Positions 1 through 10,194 are shown, counted from the stretch's first letter. The stretch is DNA of 64,000 bases from Candidatus Gottesmanbacteria bacterium (GCA_016214885.1 JACRMP010000005.1:70725-134724); one strand, 5' to 3'. Program-made: numbers and translations. The notes: generated by a model not told the origin, from the letters alone.

Positions 1-1
1 A

Positions 2-376
2 ATGGTGCTAGAGCTCCAGAATCAAGTAATTAATCTTTGGTCCGTTGTGGAAAATCTTCAACAACAAATAGATGATATCGAATCATCGCCTGGCCCTAAT
101 GGAGCGCTAAACACTTATAGAGTTACTTCGCCAATTGTTTCGGTGGGGCTAGGTGACACAGCCGAAACTTATGCTTTATGTAATCCTGGAGATCAAATAA
201 TTTCTGGTGGTTATTTTGCCGAAGGATCTACTTTACAAATAATTCAATCACGGCCAGATTTGCTATCGCCTCAGAGATGGTATGTGCAAGGATCTACTGC
301 TAATCCGCCAGCAGGAATTCTTCCTGGGATAGGAACCATTGCCGCCTATGCTTTGTGCAATGATATAACACCCTAA
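2..376 (+). CDS. hypothetical protein, possibly 5'-truncated by the window edge (coiled coil plus Cys-containing C-terminal domain like those after collagen-like repeats)
   Basis: Heptad-rich N-terminus; ALCNPGDQIISGGY...AYALC motif. Confidence 0.5.
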   Translation: MVLELQNQVINLWSVVENLQQQIDDIESSPGPNGALNTYRVTSPIVSVGLGDTAETYALCNPGDQIISGGYFAEGSTLQIIQSRPDLLSPQRWYVQGSTANPPAGILPGIGTIAAYALCNDITP

Positions 377-545
377 GCTAGGTAGTGTCATGTGTTTGTA
401 TTGTTGAGAAATTGATATCACATCAAAGCATTTCGAATATCGCTCCGGTAGACAAGCACGTATAAAAAAACGAAAGTATACTTCTTTTTTATTGGCAAAT
501 TAACACTGTTGCAAAACAGTTCGTGCAATTGTTAGAATTATTACA

Positions 546-1046
546 ATGAGCAAACTCATCACATGTATTTGGTTTGCCAATAACAACGGAGAAGAGGCAG
601 CCAAATACTACATAGATACATTTAAGGCAGCTCCCGGCGAACATAGTGCAACAATGGGAGACATCACTAAATCCCCCAAGGCAAGCGAAGAAGTTTCCGG
701 CAGACCCGAAGGATCTGTAATGACCGTAGAGTTAGAGCTTGACGGCATTAACTTTATGCTGCTTAATGGGGGCCCTGTAGATCAATTCAAACTAAACGGC
801 GCCACTTCATATATTATAGAGTGTGAAACACAAGAAGAAATTGATTTTTTCTGGGAAAAACTCTCAGCAGTTCCTGAAGCTGAGCAATGTGGCTGGTGCA
901 CAGACAAATTCGGCGTCACTTGGCAGGTAGCTCCAAGAATCCTTGATGAACTGATGCGTAATCCGCAAAAGGCAGATGCGGTAACCGCCGTGTTTATGCC
1001 GATGAAGAAACTGGATCTTGAAGCGATCCGAAAAGCCGGCGAATAA
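546..1046 (+). CDS. VOC/PhnB-like (3-demethylubiquinone-9 methyltransferase domain) protein
   Basis: ITCIWF, LNGGP, CETQEEIDFFWEKL and QCGWCTDKFGVTWQV motifs. Confidence 0.9.
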   Translation: MSKLITCIWFANNNGEEAAKYYIDTFKAAPGEHSATMGDITKSPKASEEVSGRPEGSVMTVELELDGINFMLLNGGPVDQFKLNGATSYIIECETQEEIDFFWEKLSAVPEAEQCGWCTDKFGVTWQVAPRILDELMRNPQKADAVTAVFMPMKKLDLEAIRKAGE

Positions 1047-1114
1047 CGCTGCAAAAAAATAAATTTGGTCTCAAATTGTTACTCCTTTAATTGACATTTT
1101 GTTAAAATAATCTC

Positions 1115-1420
1115 ATGGCTAAACCCATCTTAGGAGGCGTCGTACATAGCGTTCCGGCGGATTTGAGCAATGCGTTAGCTTCTGACACCAAAGCGCTCGC
1201 AATCTGGGAGACACTCACCCCCCTTTCCCGAAACGAATGGATATGCTGGGTTACGTTTGTTAAGAAAGAGGAAACCAGAAAAGACCATGTAAAACGGGTT
1301 GTCGGCGAACTTAAGGAAGGAATACGCCGGCCATGCTGCTGGCTGGGATGCATCCACCGCAAAGATAAAAAAATTAGTCCGTCGGTGATGGGAATTCTCA
1401 ACAAACGCAAAAAGAAATAG
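1115..1420 (+). CDS. YdeI/OmpD-associated family protein
   Basis: VPADL...WETLTPLSRNEWICWV..KKEETR, C-terminal RPCCWLGCIH. Confidence 0.8.
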   Translation: MAKPILGGVVHSVPADLSNALASDTKALAIWETLTPLSRNEWICWVTFVKKEETRKDHVKRVVGELKEGIRRPCCWLGCIHRKDKKISPSVMGILNKRKKK

Positions 1421-1464
1421 CGATCAATTGAAGTCACGGGCTTCAGATGTTAGGCTTATCGCAT

Positions 1465-1908
1465 ATGACCAAGAAAAAACAGCTAAAAAACACCTGGCTC
1501 ACCCGCTTTAAGGAAATGCCGCTATTAATAAAATTATTTTTTGTCCTGGGGAGTTATTCTGCGGTACTTAGTGCCATAGACCTTCTGACGTTTAAGCCCC
1601 TCACATTCACCTATTTCGGCTCCGCATTCCCGCAAAACATGCCGGCGGTCTGGCATCTTTATGCTCTTGCCATAAATGTATTTTCCCTATATGTCTATAT
1701 AAAACGGTCGTATTCGTTCCTTAAAACCTATCTGTATATAAGTGCTGCAGTGCTTACCGTATCGGTAGCCAACTCGGTATATGAAACGCTCAGGCTTCCT
1801 GCAGAACAACGCTTACCGGTTGTCATCGTGTACGGCGTCACCTATGCCCTGGCAATCCTCATCTTCGTATACTTTCTTGGCCAGAAAAAATATTTCAACA
1901 AACCCTAA
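1465..1908 (+). CDS. hypothetical membrane protein (about 4 TM)
   Basis: Four hydrophobic segments; ATG 1465 preferred because TAGGCT lies just upstream. Confidence 0.7.
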   Translation: MTKKKQLKNTWLTRFKEMPLLIKLFFVLGSYSAVLSAIDLLTFKPLTFTYFGSAFPQNMPAVWHLYALAINVFSLYVYIKRSYSFLKTYLYISAAVLTVSVANSVYETLRLPAEQRLPVVIVYGVTYALAILIFVYFLGQKKYFNKP

Positions 1909-1939
1909 GAGGGTAAACCGCGAAGATCCGCTGAGTGGT

Positions 1940-2401
1940 TTATGCTTCCCTTTGCTTTATTGCCTCATTTATCAGCAGAATCTGATTTTTCCGCAAAAGC
2001 GGCATGCTGTCCAGGGAAAAAAATCCGTATTCGGACACTTCCCTCGTTGGAGTGAATTCCCCGCCGATAAAGGTTCCGATATAGCACATATCCAGCCGTG
2101 CCGTTTCGCGGTCAGTTCTGGTCTTAAGCTGGACATCAACGCTTACCACCAAATTTGATTCTTCTTTAATTTCCCGTTCCAGCGCTTCTTTTGGGTGCTC
2201 TCCTGATTTTAGGTAGCCGCCCGGCAGACTCCATGCATGGTGACGGTAGGTATGCTTAAAAAGAAGTACTTCGCCTTTTTTGTTAAAGATAATTCCGGTG
2301 ACCCCTACAAGAAATTGGCTCTCAAAAAGCCGCATGAAAAAAAGCTGTGTCCCCTTGGGAAGACTCAATAATTTCCAGATTTTTATAAGAAGCGTTTTCA
2401 C
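1940..2401 (-). CDS. NUDIX hydrolase
   Basis: Nudix box GGYLKSGEHPKEALEREIKEESNL. Confidence 0.9.
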   Translation of the reverse strand: MKTLLIKIWKLLSLPKGTQLFFMRLFESQFLVGVTGIIFNKKGEVLLFKHTYRHHAWSLPGGYLKSGEHPKEALEREIKEESNLVVSVDVQLKTRTDRETARLDMCYIGTFIGGEFTPTREVSEYGFFSLDSMPLLRKNQILLINEAIKQREA

Positions 2402-2745
2402 ATCGCGTTTTTGTCTGCAGACGCTCCGGTTCCCGAATCTGCCCTGAGCTCAGCATTTTCTATCTCCAATTTATGGATCCGCTTGGTCAGTTCAGCGATT
2501 TCATTTTTGGTTTTTTTAATGGTGTGATCTTTCCTGCGCAGGGTGAACCCGACAAATACTGAATGAATCAGATAAAAAAGATACGCCAAAACCAATCCGG
2601 CCAGCAGCGAACCCGTGATGACATAAAACAATGGCAGGTCAGTAACCACTGTCGAACCAAGATGTAATGTCACCGGTGTCAGATTGTCCTGTGCCAGATA
2701 AACAAGCGCCGATCCAATAAGAAGAATAAGAATAAGGGTTATCAT
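2398..2745 (-). CDS. LapA-domain (DUF1049-like) membrane protein
   Basis: TM-QDN..PVTL-TM followed by coiled coil; 4-nt overlap with NUDIX start. Confidence 0.7.
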   Translation of the reverse strand: MITLILILLIGSALVYLAQDNLTPVTLHLGSTVVTDLPLFYVITGSLLAGLVLAYLFYLIHSVFVGFTLRRKDHTIKKTKNEIAELTKRIHKLEIENAELRADSGTGASADKNAM

Positions 2746-2827
2746 GTCCGCTCAGTATACACGTTTTTACCTTAACTATGTTAGTAGCCGTACAATACTT
2801 GGATAATAATTGACATATAATAGATAC

Positions 2828-3334
2828 ATGGCATCTTTCCGATTTAGTCCGATTACAGACAAAGAACAACTCGTCGACGCACTTACCTATATCCATGCAG
2901 CCTGTCATGCCCTCTGCATGCAATCCCTGGGGCAATACCTCCCCGTTGCGGGCAATATCGGGGTATTCTGCCACTTTGATGAAGAATATTTACGACTCAC
3001 CCGGATACAACAGCAACTGACTGATCCCGCCGACCCGGTATACGGAAAATACTTTAAACTCCATGAGCCAATCCATATAGCGGCAAACAACGGAATCCCT
3101 GAAGCCACCTATACTCACCTCTATATACGCAAACCGGATCCCGGAAAACCTCAGACGGGTGACTTAGATTTCTACATGGAACCGTCTTCGTTCACGCAAC
3201 TCAAACAATCAGTGGCAAACGGTGGAAACGACCGCGGCATGCGGATACTGGACCGGCCGGACCTGGATCTTGTTGAGCTTTATGACACGGATAGTGATGC
3301 CCTGGGGTATATCGGGACAAAACTATTCCGATAA
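2828..3334 (+). CDS. hypothetical protein
   Basis: Long ORF; TATAAT 6 nt before ATG 2828. Confidence 0.7.
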   Translation: MASFRFSPITDKEQLVDALTYIHAACHALCMQSLGQYLPVAGNIGVFCHFDEEYLRLTRIQQQLTDPADPVYGKYFKLHEPIHIAANNGIPEATYTHLYIRKPDPGKPQTGDLDFYMEPSSFTQLKQSVANGGNDRGMRILDRPDLDLVELYDTDSDALGYIGTKLFR

Positions 3335-3427
3335 TTGCTATTATACAATCAACCGTCTAAACAACAATTACTCCGGTGCCCGTATAAATCAATGCTCCCA
3401 TTACTGCAGGTTTGTTAAGATTAGATC

Positions 3428-4510
3428 ATGAACTCATTCCGAACGACTATTAAGACTGCTCTACGTATTACTTTTTTGTTTTTCGCCAACGTCCTCCTGA
3501 TAATAATCATCTTCGCTGGGGCGGAAGCTTTTACGCGCTTTCGCCTTCTTGGATACGAAAAAGCACTACAAACTATGGTAGCGCCGTCTCACCGGCTCAC
3601 TGCACTTGGTGCAGCTGATTGGGCAATCTCTGATCCGGATCTCAACTACCGCCTCAATCCCGCACGGAACGATGTCAACGAGTTCTCGATGCCGGCGCCG
3701 GAAATATCCATTCCAAAACCAAAAGGAGTTACCCGAATCATCATATTGGGCGATTCGTTGCCATACTTCGGGGATCCCACATTCGTTGAACTGCTTCAGG
3801 AATACTACCGGACAAACAACAAGGTGGAAATTTTTAGCGCTGCCACACCCGGATATACCACCTTTCAGGAAGTTATGTACTATAAAAAATATCTTGACAC
3901 ACTGGAACCCGATCTTATTCTTCTCAGTTATTGTTTAAATGATAATCACCGGTTTCTTCACCGGTTTGATGAAAACGAAAATATGCTTTGGACCGAAGAG
4001 GCTGAAAAAAGTCTTTCCGTACATAACCCTCTTGACGCGTTCATTGTCAAAAGCTATTTCCTATCATCCCTTAGGCTCGCTTTTATCGACAAACAGCGGC
4101 GGCCGGAATCTTCTCCGTATCCGTGGGAAACGGACTTAACGACACATGTGGCATGGAAAGATCATACGTGGAATGAATTCCACCGCCTGCTAAAAGAGCT
4201 TAACGACAGTGTAAAAATTCATAATGGCAAGCTCTTTGTGATAATTTTTCCATTGGAAGTGCAATTGAATCCGGAATTCACCGACAACAATTTTTACTAT
4301 GTTACGAAACCGCAGAAACGTGTTATGGCTTTTTGCCAAACACTCGGCCTTGCCTGCCTTGATCTATTTGATCCGTTCTTCTCACTTTCTCAGGGAGGAG
4401 CTGAGCTATACACGGATGGATTGCACTTTACGACAGCCGGCCATATGCTGGCAGCTTCAGAAATCAGCGCATTTCTTAATCGGCACTACTTTGCTGAAAC
4501 AAAGCAATAA
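3428..4510 (+). CDS. membrane-anchored SGNH/GDSL hydrolase or acyltransferase
   Basis: N-terminal TM; ILGDS, CLND and DGLH blocks. Confidence 0.85.
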   Translation: MNSFRTTIKTALRITFLFFANVLLIIIIFAGAEAFTRFRLLGYEKALQTMVAPSHRLTALGAADWAISDPDLNYRLNPARNDVNEFSMPAPEISIPKPKGVTRIIILGDSLPYFGDPTFVELLQEYYRTNNKVEIFSAATPGYTTFQEVMYYKKYLDTLEPDLILLSYCLNDNHRFLHRFDENENMLWTEEAEKSLSVHNPLDAFIVKSYFLSSLRLAFIDKQRRPESSPYPWETDLTTHVAWKDHTWNEFHRLLKELNDSVKIHNGKLFVIIFPLEVQLNPEFTDNNFYYVTKPQKRVMAFCQTLGLACLDLFDPFFSLSQGGAELYTDGLHFTTAGHMLAASEISAFLNRHYFAETKQ

Positions 4511-4604
4511 GCTCTCCCTCGCTCACCCCGGAAAACATATTCCGGGCGACGATTCCGTCAGCACCATAGCCCGCTTCAGGTAGCTCAACAACAAAAATAG
4601 GCTA

Positions 4605-5195
4605 TCACTCGCGTACCTGCGAAAGCTTTGTATATATTGGATCGATGGGGATACGTTTTGGATACCTAACAAGCCGGGGTAGATACTCACCCGCTCTAAA
4701 CGGCGCCATCTTCATCTTCCTCTTCATTCTGTTTTGGAACTCCTGCCAGAGCACATATTTAGCCCGTGTTAAATGCATGGTTCCCGTACAATAGTCACTT
4801 TCACACCGGCACCCATGAGTACACGGGTTACAGCTTTCATCCTTTGGGCTTAATAAATACGAAATAGTAAGCTCTTCTCCGGGAATAATGTCCCGTAATG
4901 CAAAAAATAACGTGTGCCCCCGATAGACATATATCCAGCAGTTAGGCATACAGGAATGATTGAATAAGTGTACGCCGGGCTTAGTCACATCAGGATACAG
5001 AAACGCATTGTCGGTAAACGACATGATATATAATTCATTGGGATTTGCAGTAGTTTCATAATCGACAATCGGAATAACTTTACCCAAGTAATCCCCGATG
5101 ACCATTCCTTTACGGATGGTTTTTACGGCAAACACCCCTCTCCCCTTTGCGCCGGCTCTGTGAATGGATATGTAATCGGGCTGAATCAGAAACAT
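4605..5195 (-). CDS. SET-domain lysine methyltransferase with post-SET cysteines
   Basis: KGRGVFA, FNHSCMPN, GEELTISY, CRCESDYCTG. Confidence 0.9.
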   Translation of the reverse strand: MFLIQPDYISIHRAGAKGRGVFAVKTIRKGMVIGDYLGKVIPIVDYETTANPNELYIMSFTDNAFLYPDVTKPGVHLFNHSCMPNCWIYVYRGHTLFFALRDIIPGEELTISYLLSPKDESCNPCTHGCRCESDYCTGTMHLTRAKYVLWQEFQNRMKRKMKMAPFRAGEYLPRLVRYPKRIPIDPIYTKLSQVRE

Positions 5196-5307
5196 AAAGG
5201 TGTAGTAACTGCGCCTTCAGGATACCACATATAATCCGCAAAGGATTTATACGACACTGTTTGTATGGTACCCTTGTTCTATAAGGAAAGGAGGTGAATA
5301 AACCAAA

Positions 5308-5595
5308 ATGACAGATCAAAATCAAAACGATAACAAAGGCGGCATCAATCCAGCCGTTGCCGCAGTAGCGGGGGCAGTTGCAGGAGCCGCAGCAGTGGGT
5401 ATTGCGGGAGTCGCTGTACTGGCAAACAACAAAACCCGTAAACAGGCCGAAAAAGCCATCGACGACGCAAAAGATAAAGTAATAGAAATGAAAGAAAGCG
5501 TTGAAGAAAAGCTTGAAGAAGGAAAAGAAAAGGTAAACACCCTGGTATCTGCGGTCAAAGATGCAGCGCAGGACGTTAAAAAAGCCGTTAAATAA
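5308..5595 (+). CDS. YtxH-like small stress protein
   Basis: Ala/Gly-rich TM then Lys/Glu-rich helix; SD AAGGAGGTGA. Confidence 0.65.
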   Translation: MTDQNQNDNKGGINPAVAAVAGAVAGAAAVGIAGVAVLANNKTRKQAEKAIDDAKDKVIEMKESVEEKLEEGKEKVNTLVSAVKDAAQDVKKAVK

Positions 5596-5910
5596 ATTAC
5601 CCTCCTATATAAGGAACAGACCTATATAGGAGATGACATTATAGTTGTATCACCGTTTTGCTTCTTTCACGACCAACAGTCGTATACACGGCTGTTGTCG
5701 TGATTATGGCTACACCCATCTGAAGCACCCAATGAGTCTGAAGTGTCATAGTCACCAACCAGACTATTGAACCCACAGCAGCACTTCCGGCCACAAAACG
5801 CACGACATTTTGTCATATTTCCTGCTCTAGGGATACCATTTCTCCCTCGGTGAGGGAGAATTCAAGCAATATTAATCCAGATGGTGTATACTACTTTTGT
5901 AGGCATATAA

Positions 5911-6369
5911 ATGATTGAACCTCAAATAACAGAAGTACAGGAAGTAACCACCGTATCCACTCCGACCGCTCAACAGGTTGTCCGAAAAACAAGAATTGTC
6001 CCCCCCGTTGTTACCGAATCACCGCAAAAAGTATATGAGGCCAAAAAGGTAATATTCAGAACTTATCAAATAGTCTGGTATATCCTCGGCGTAATTGAAG
6101 TACTGCTGACATTCCGGGTTATCCTAAAGCTGCTGGGTGCAAATCCTTTAAGCAGTTTCACCAATTTTATTTATGCCATAAGTGATCCGTTTGCACTGCC
6201 GTTTGCCGGAATTCTTAGAACAAGTGCCTCGTCAGGTATGCTGCTTGAATGGTCCACACTTATTGCCATGACTGTATACGCAATTATTGCCTACGGGATC
6301 GTATCACTTCTGCAGCTCATCAAACCGACCACTCCCCAAGAGGTCGAACATTCTGTCGATAATCCGTAA
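5911..6369 (+). CDS. YggT-family membrane protein
   Basis: FRVILKLLGANP..FTNFIYAISDPFALPF motif. Confidence 0.8.
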   Translation: MIEPQITEVQEVTTVSTPTAQQVVRKTRIVPPVVTESPQKVYEAKKVIFRTYQIVWYILGVIEVLLTFRVILKLLGANPLSSFTNFIYAISDPFALPFAGILRTSASSGMLLEWSTLIAMTVYAIIAYGIVSLLQLIKPTTPQEVEHSVDNP

Positions 6370-6423
6370 TTATTAACCGCGTAATCCAGGCAGCAAAACT
6401 CACACTAAGGAGGTGAATGTACC

Positions 6424-6621
6424 ATGACAACAATAGTAAATAATCCTCCGCCATCGGATAATTCAGGTGGACCCGCAGGTATGATCATTGGACTTGTAAT
6501 CGTAATTATCGTCGGATATCTCTTTGTGGTTTACGGTGTTCCGGCCATCAGGCAGATACAGACAACAAGCCCACAGATAAATGTGCCCAGTGAAATTGAC
6601 GTGAATATAAAACAAGAATAA
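6424..6621 (+). CDS. small single-TM hypothetical protein
   Basis: SD AAGGAGGTGA; one TM helix. Confidence 0.75.
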   Translation: MTTIVNNPPPSDNSGGPAGMIIGLVIVIIVGYLFVVYGVPAIRQIQTTSPQINVPSEIDVNIKQE

Positions 6622-6645
6622 AAAATTCAGAAAGGATATAAGCAA

Positions 6646-6897
6646 ATGGATATAGTACTGTGGATTCTTTTCGGGGCAATAGCGGGATGGATCGCTTCCA
6701 TCATCATGAAATCCGATGCAGGTCAGGGAACACTCATGGATATAGTCCTGGGTGTGATAGGTGCCGCTGTCGGCGGATTTCTCATGAATCTCATCGGCAA
6801 GTCAGGTGTCACTGGTTTTAATCTCTACAGCCTTATCGTGGCGGTACTTGGCGCAATAGTCGTCATTTATATCGGCCGCATGCTATTACGGAGATAA
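6646..6897 (+). CDS. GlsB/YeaQ/YmgE (transglycosylase-associated) stress membrane protein
   Basis: WILFGAIAGWIAS...DIVLGVIGAAVGG motif. Confidence 0.9.
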   Translation: MDIVLWILFGAIAGWIASIIMKSDAGQGTLMDIVLGVIGAAVGGFLMNLIGKSGVTGFNLYSLIVAVLGAIVVIYIGRMLLRR

Positions 6898-6927
6898 TAC
6901 GTACCGCAAAAAAGGAGGTGAATAATT

Positions 6928-7068
6928 ATGAATTTTTCAACAACAAATCTAAGCCCGTTAGCGTCGCTGCTATTCGGTGTACTGATATTACTGTTTCCTA
7001 AATTTCTCAATTATCTTATAGCCGGATATCTGATAATCATAGGTATAGTCGGGCTCGGACTATTGTAA
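6928..7068 (+). CDS. 46-aa DUF3096-like membrane protein (absent from ORF track)
   Basis: Translates MNFSTTNLSPLASLLFGVLILLFPKFLNYLIAGYLIIIGIVGLGLL; SD AAGGAGGTGA upstream. Confidence 0.8.
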   Translation: MNFSTTNLSPLASLLFGVLILLFPKFLNYLIAGYLIIIGIVGLGLL

Positions 7069-7105
7069 TACAGAGGAAATTCAATCTCATTATCGCCATC
7101 ATTAT

Positions 7106-9109
7106 TCATGATAATGTGTTTGCAGTGCTAAGACCATTAACTCTCGTCTCCGGCGAGTATACTGCCTTCAGTATAAGGCGCTCAGCAGAAATATCTCCCG
7201 CATAGCATATCCCGGTTATTCCGGCACTAGCGGCAGCGTTAAGATTGGTAATTTCATTGTCGATGAATATAATTTCTTGCGGTAGAACATGTACTCGAGA
7301 TAATAACCCAATCCAAAAAGCCTGATGGTGTTTACGATAGCCTAATTTCCACGAAAAATATTTCCCCGAAAACCACTTTCCAAGGATACCGGTAAGATAC
7401 ACACTCCGGTATTTTTCCTGATCTGAGCAAATGATACTCTTTACCCCTAGATCGTGAAGCGTTTGGGTGAACGTTAGCAACGTTCCATCAATACGCTCAC
7501 ACTCAACCGTAAACCATTGCCTCATTAATTCACCGGCCGTTCCTTCCCATCCAAAAGCTCTGAGGTTTTTATTAAGTTCCGTTTTCAAATTCTTTTTCCC
7601 GATAAGGCATTGTGGATACACACTGCGGAAAAATAATCCCAGCTCTTCCGACTTGTCGCCATGCTCCAGGAGATAGTGCTCACCAAACGTCGTACGCCGG
7701 AATACAATTACTCCATCCAAATCAAAACATACGAGACGCTTTTTACCGGTAATTGGCTGCAGGTTCTCCAGATCAACAGGCATTTTATAATTCCAGTTAT
7801 TCGAACTTATTACACCCGGTACATTAATCCGCTCACGCGAAAGCAGCCAATCCTGCATGGGAACGATAAGTGTGTTGCAACTATTTTTCAAAAACTCCCT
7901 TATTTCGCCTGCCAGAACCAATGAGGCTGATGCATGCGTTACGCGGCGCAATTTGTGCTTTAGTCCGAACACGCGCGCTAACTTATCTTGCTGCGTTTGG
8001 GTAAGCGATTCCAGATAGGATACAAGCGGCTCAGTATCATGTGTGGAAGAAAAAAATATATGATTTTTTTTATATTTACCTGAATCAAAATCCTTTGGAT
8101 TTATGCGCAATTTTCCCTTGGCGAGCAACATGGATGCCACCGATATACCGGCAACATCAAGCGAAGCAGCTTCCCTATGTAACCGGGTCATATCAAGACC
8201 CGAAACATCTTCGATATAGACATCCATGCCTAATTTGCGCGAATAGCTCACCACATGCGCAAAGAGATGCGGAAATGGAGTTTTTTCTCTTGTGTCCATG
8301 TGAGGATTAGTTGCGTGGAGTTTTTCATAAGCAAAAAATCTGACTGCTGCGTCTAATCGTGCCATGCGGTAAAGCCTGGCGGCATACCGTATGCGGACAT
8401 CCCACAGCCTCTGCATAACACCCAGACTTTCCGGCGGATCATATTTATAAAGGGGAAATCCCCACACCTGCCGCTTGCCAAAATGCTCCCCGCCCCGTGA
8501 ACCAGCTACATATTCCATGTTACCGTTGACACCTACCGAAAAAGCGCTTTGATATTTCCACACTAACGGGGTATGCAACTCCAGATAAAATGGAATATCT
8601 CCCCAAATTTGCACGTTATAAAGCTCTGCGTATCTCAATAAATCATTATAATAATGGTGCAGCACCGCCTGCTCCCGGATAATCTCATTAATTTCCCCGC
8701 TGTGATTCTTATAAAAATCAGCTGTCTCGGGGCTTCCGGCATTCCGGTATCGCGGGTTCCATTGCACCCATTTATCGGTTTCCTGATCCCTGCTCAGTGC
8801 AACAAAAAGCGCGTAATCATATATCCACTCATCATGCTCTTTCAGAAATCGATCTATATCTACTTCTGCATCAGATTCCTTTTTTGATAGAAACTGTGGA
8901 TTAAGTCCGACACCATACGACGAATAAGGTGAATAAAATAAATCCAATTGTTTCTTATATGAGGTTGGATGGAGAGGTAGAACCTGCCAGCACTGCTGAT
9001 TTGTTTTATGCAGCCAGTCGATAAATAGCTTCGCCCGATCAAAATACGATAACGACTTTCCGCTATAAAGGGAATTGAACGGGAGCATGGTTCCGAGACG
9101 TGCAGTCAT
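7106..9109 (-). CDS. malQ: 4-alpha-glucanotransferase (GH77) fused to C-terminal HAD phosphatase
   Basis: WQVLPLHP, SPYSS, GDIPFY, RLD, IED, STHD, RINVPG..NW; then FDLDGV and FIDN HAD motifs; start uncertain. Confidence 0.8.
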   Translation of the reverse strand: MTARLGTMLPFNSLYSGKSLSYFDRAKLFIDWLHKTNQQCWQVLPLHPTSYKKQLDLFYSPYSSYGVGLNPQFLSKKESDAEVDIDRFLKEHDEWIYDYALFVALSRDQETDKWVQWNPRYRNAGSPETADFYKNHSGEINEIIREQAVLHHYYNDLLRYAELYNVQIWGDIPFYLELHTPLVWKYQSAFSVGVNGNMEYVAGSRGGEHFGKRQVWGFPLYKYDPPESLGVMQRLWDVRIRYAARLYRMARLDAAVRFFAYEKLHATNPHMDTREKTPFPHLFAHVVSYSRKLGMDVYIEDVSGLDMTRLHREAASLDVAGISVASMLLAKGKLRINPKDFDSGKYKKNHIFFSSTHDTEPLVSYLESLTQTQQDKLARVFGLKHKLRRVTHASASLVLAGEIREFLKNSCNTLIVPMQDWLLSRERINVPGVISSNNWNYKMPVDLENLQPITGKKRLVCFDLDGVIVFRRTTFGEHYLLEHGDKSEELGLFFRSVYPQCLIGKKNLKTELNKNLRAFGWEGTAGELMRQWFTVECERIDGTLLTFTQTLHDLGVKSIICSDQEKYRSVYLTGILGKWFSGKYFSWKLGYRKHHQAFWIGLLSRVHVLPQEIIFIDNEITNLNAAASAGITGICYAGDISAERLILKAVYSPETRVNGLSTANTLS

Positions 9110-9176
9110 ATAACTATATCGCAGTGCGGTAAACACAAACGTAACCAATGTCGCGCATACGGTAAGGTGAAAATTA

Positions 9177-10076
9177 TTACTTCAACAGCTTCCCGTATAG
9201 CATAAACCCGAAACGACTTGGTGCATCAGCAGGAAATTCTGTTGTTGAATCAAATCCCTGATGCATTACCGTATGATAATAATCTGGCTTTATATATAAC
9301 GCATATTTTTCGCTTAGCCGGCTCATAGAACGGAAAAGGGTCTGACGGTGACGGCGCTCTCCGAAGCTATGTATTTCCATAACAAACGAGTTTATCCTAC
9401 TGCTATAACGGATAATATCCGGAATTAACTCGTACTCTCCACCCTCGATATCAATCTTTAATAAATCAATATTTCCGGTCAACGATAAGAGCGAACTAAA
9501 AGAAATAGAAGGAACCTTATATGATCGTTTGACATGTTGTTTTGGCAGAATATGCCTATTGGTCGATGACCAGGACGGCGTTAGCACGTCGCTTGCAAGA
9601 TAAAAATCGGCACTCGTTCTTCCCCCATGCGAAACAGCGCGATTGTATAGGTGAACCTCATTTTCTGATGTATCGGCATGTTCCAAATTTTGCGTAATGT
9701 ATCTATATACCGCCGTATTAGGCTCAAATGCATAAAGCTTTGCCCGCGGGTACCTTGCGGCAAAAAACATAAGCGAGTCTCCAATACTTGCTCCGATATC
9801 GACAATAACCGGCTCAGGCGCACTTGGATCCAAGGCGTATATATTTAAATCAAAGATTTCTTTAATATCATATTCCTGACCTTTGGTTCTTAATTTAAAC
9901 AGCATGTAATTCCTATAATACCAGCAGGGATCGGGCCAAAATCCTGTTGTCAAAAATACATAGGAGCTGTAGATTGTCCTGATAAAATCCGAGGTATTAT
10001 GATGCGCAATAATATGCCAACAGGCAAATAACCGCCCGACTCCGCGAATTTTTGGGACTCTGAAATTACATTTCAT
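9177..10076 (-). CDS. FkbM-family methyltransferase
   Basis: VDIGASIG, AFEPN, LLKIDIEGGE; TACTAT 7 nt before ATG 10076. Confidence 0.9.
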   Translation of the reverse strand: MKCNFRVPKIRGVGRLFACWHIIAHHNTSDFIRTIYSSYVFLTTGFWPDPCWYYRNYMLFKLRTKGQEYDIKEIFDLNIYALDPSAPEPVIVDIGASIGDSLMFFAARYPRAKLYAFEPNTAVYRYITQNLEHADTSENEVHLYNRAVSHGGRTSADFYLASDVLTPSWSSTNRHILPKQHVKRSYKVPSISFSSLLSLTGNIDLLKIDIEGGEYELIPDIIRYSSRINSFVMEIHSFGERRHRQTLFRSMSRLSEKYALYIKPDYYHTVMHQGFDSTTEFPADAPSRFGFMLYGKLLK

Positions 10077-10194
10077 ATTGCCTATAGTACCATGACGGCA
10101 TACTTCACCAAATCCTTTGACGGCGGGCATCAAAAAAAATCCTGATTATCCGACAGTAGGGTACTTGATAAATACCGGAAGGTGGGGTTTGTAT

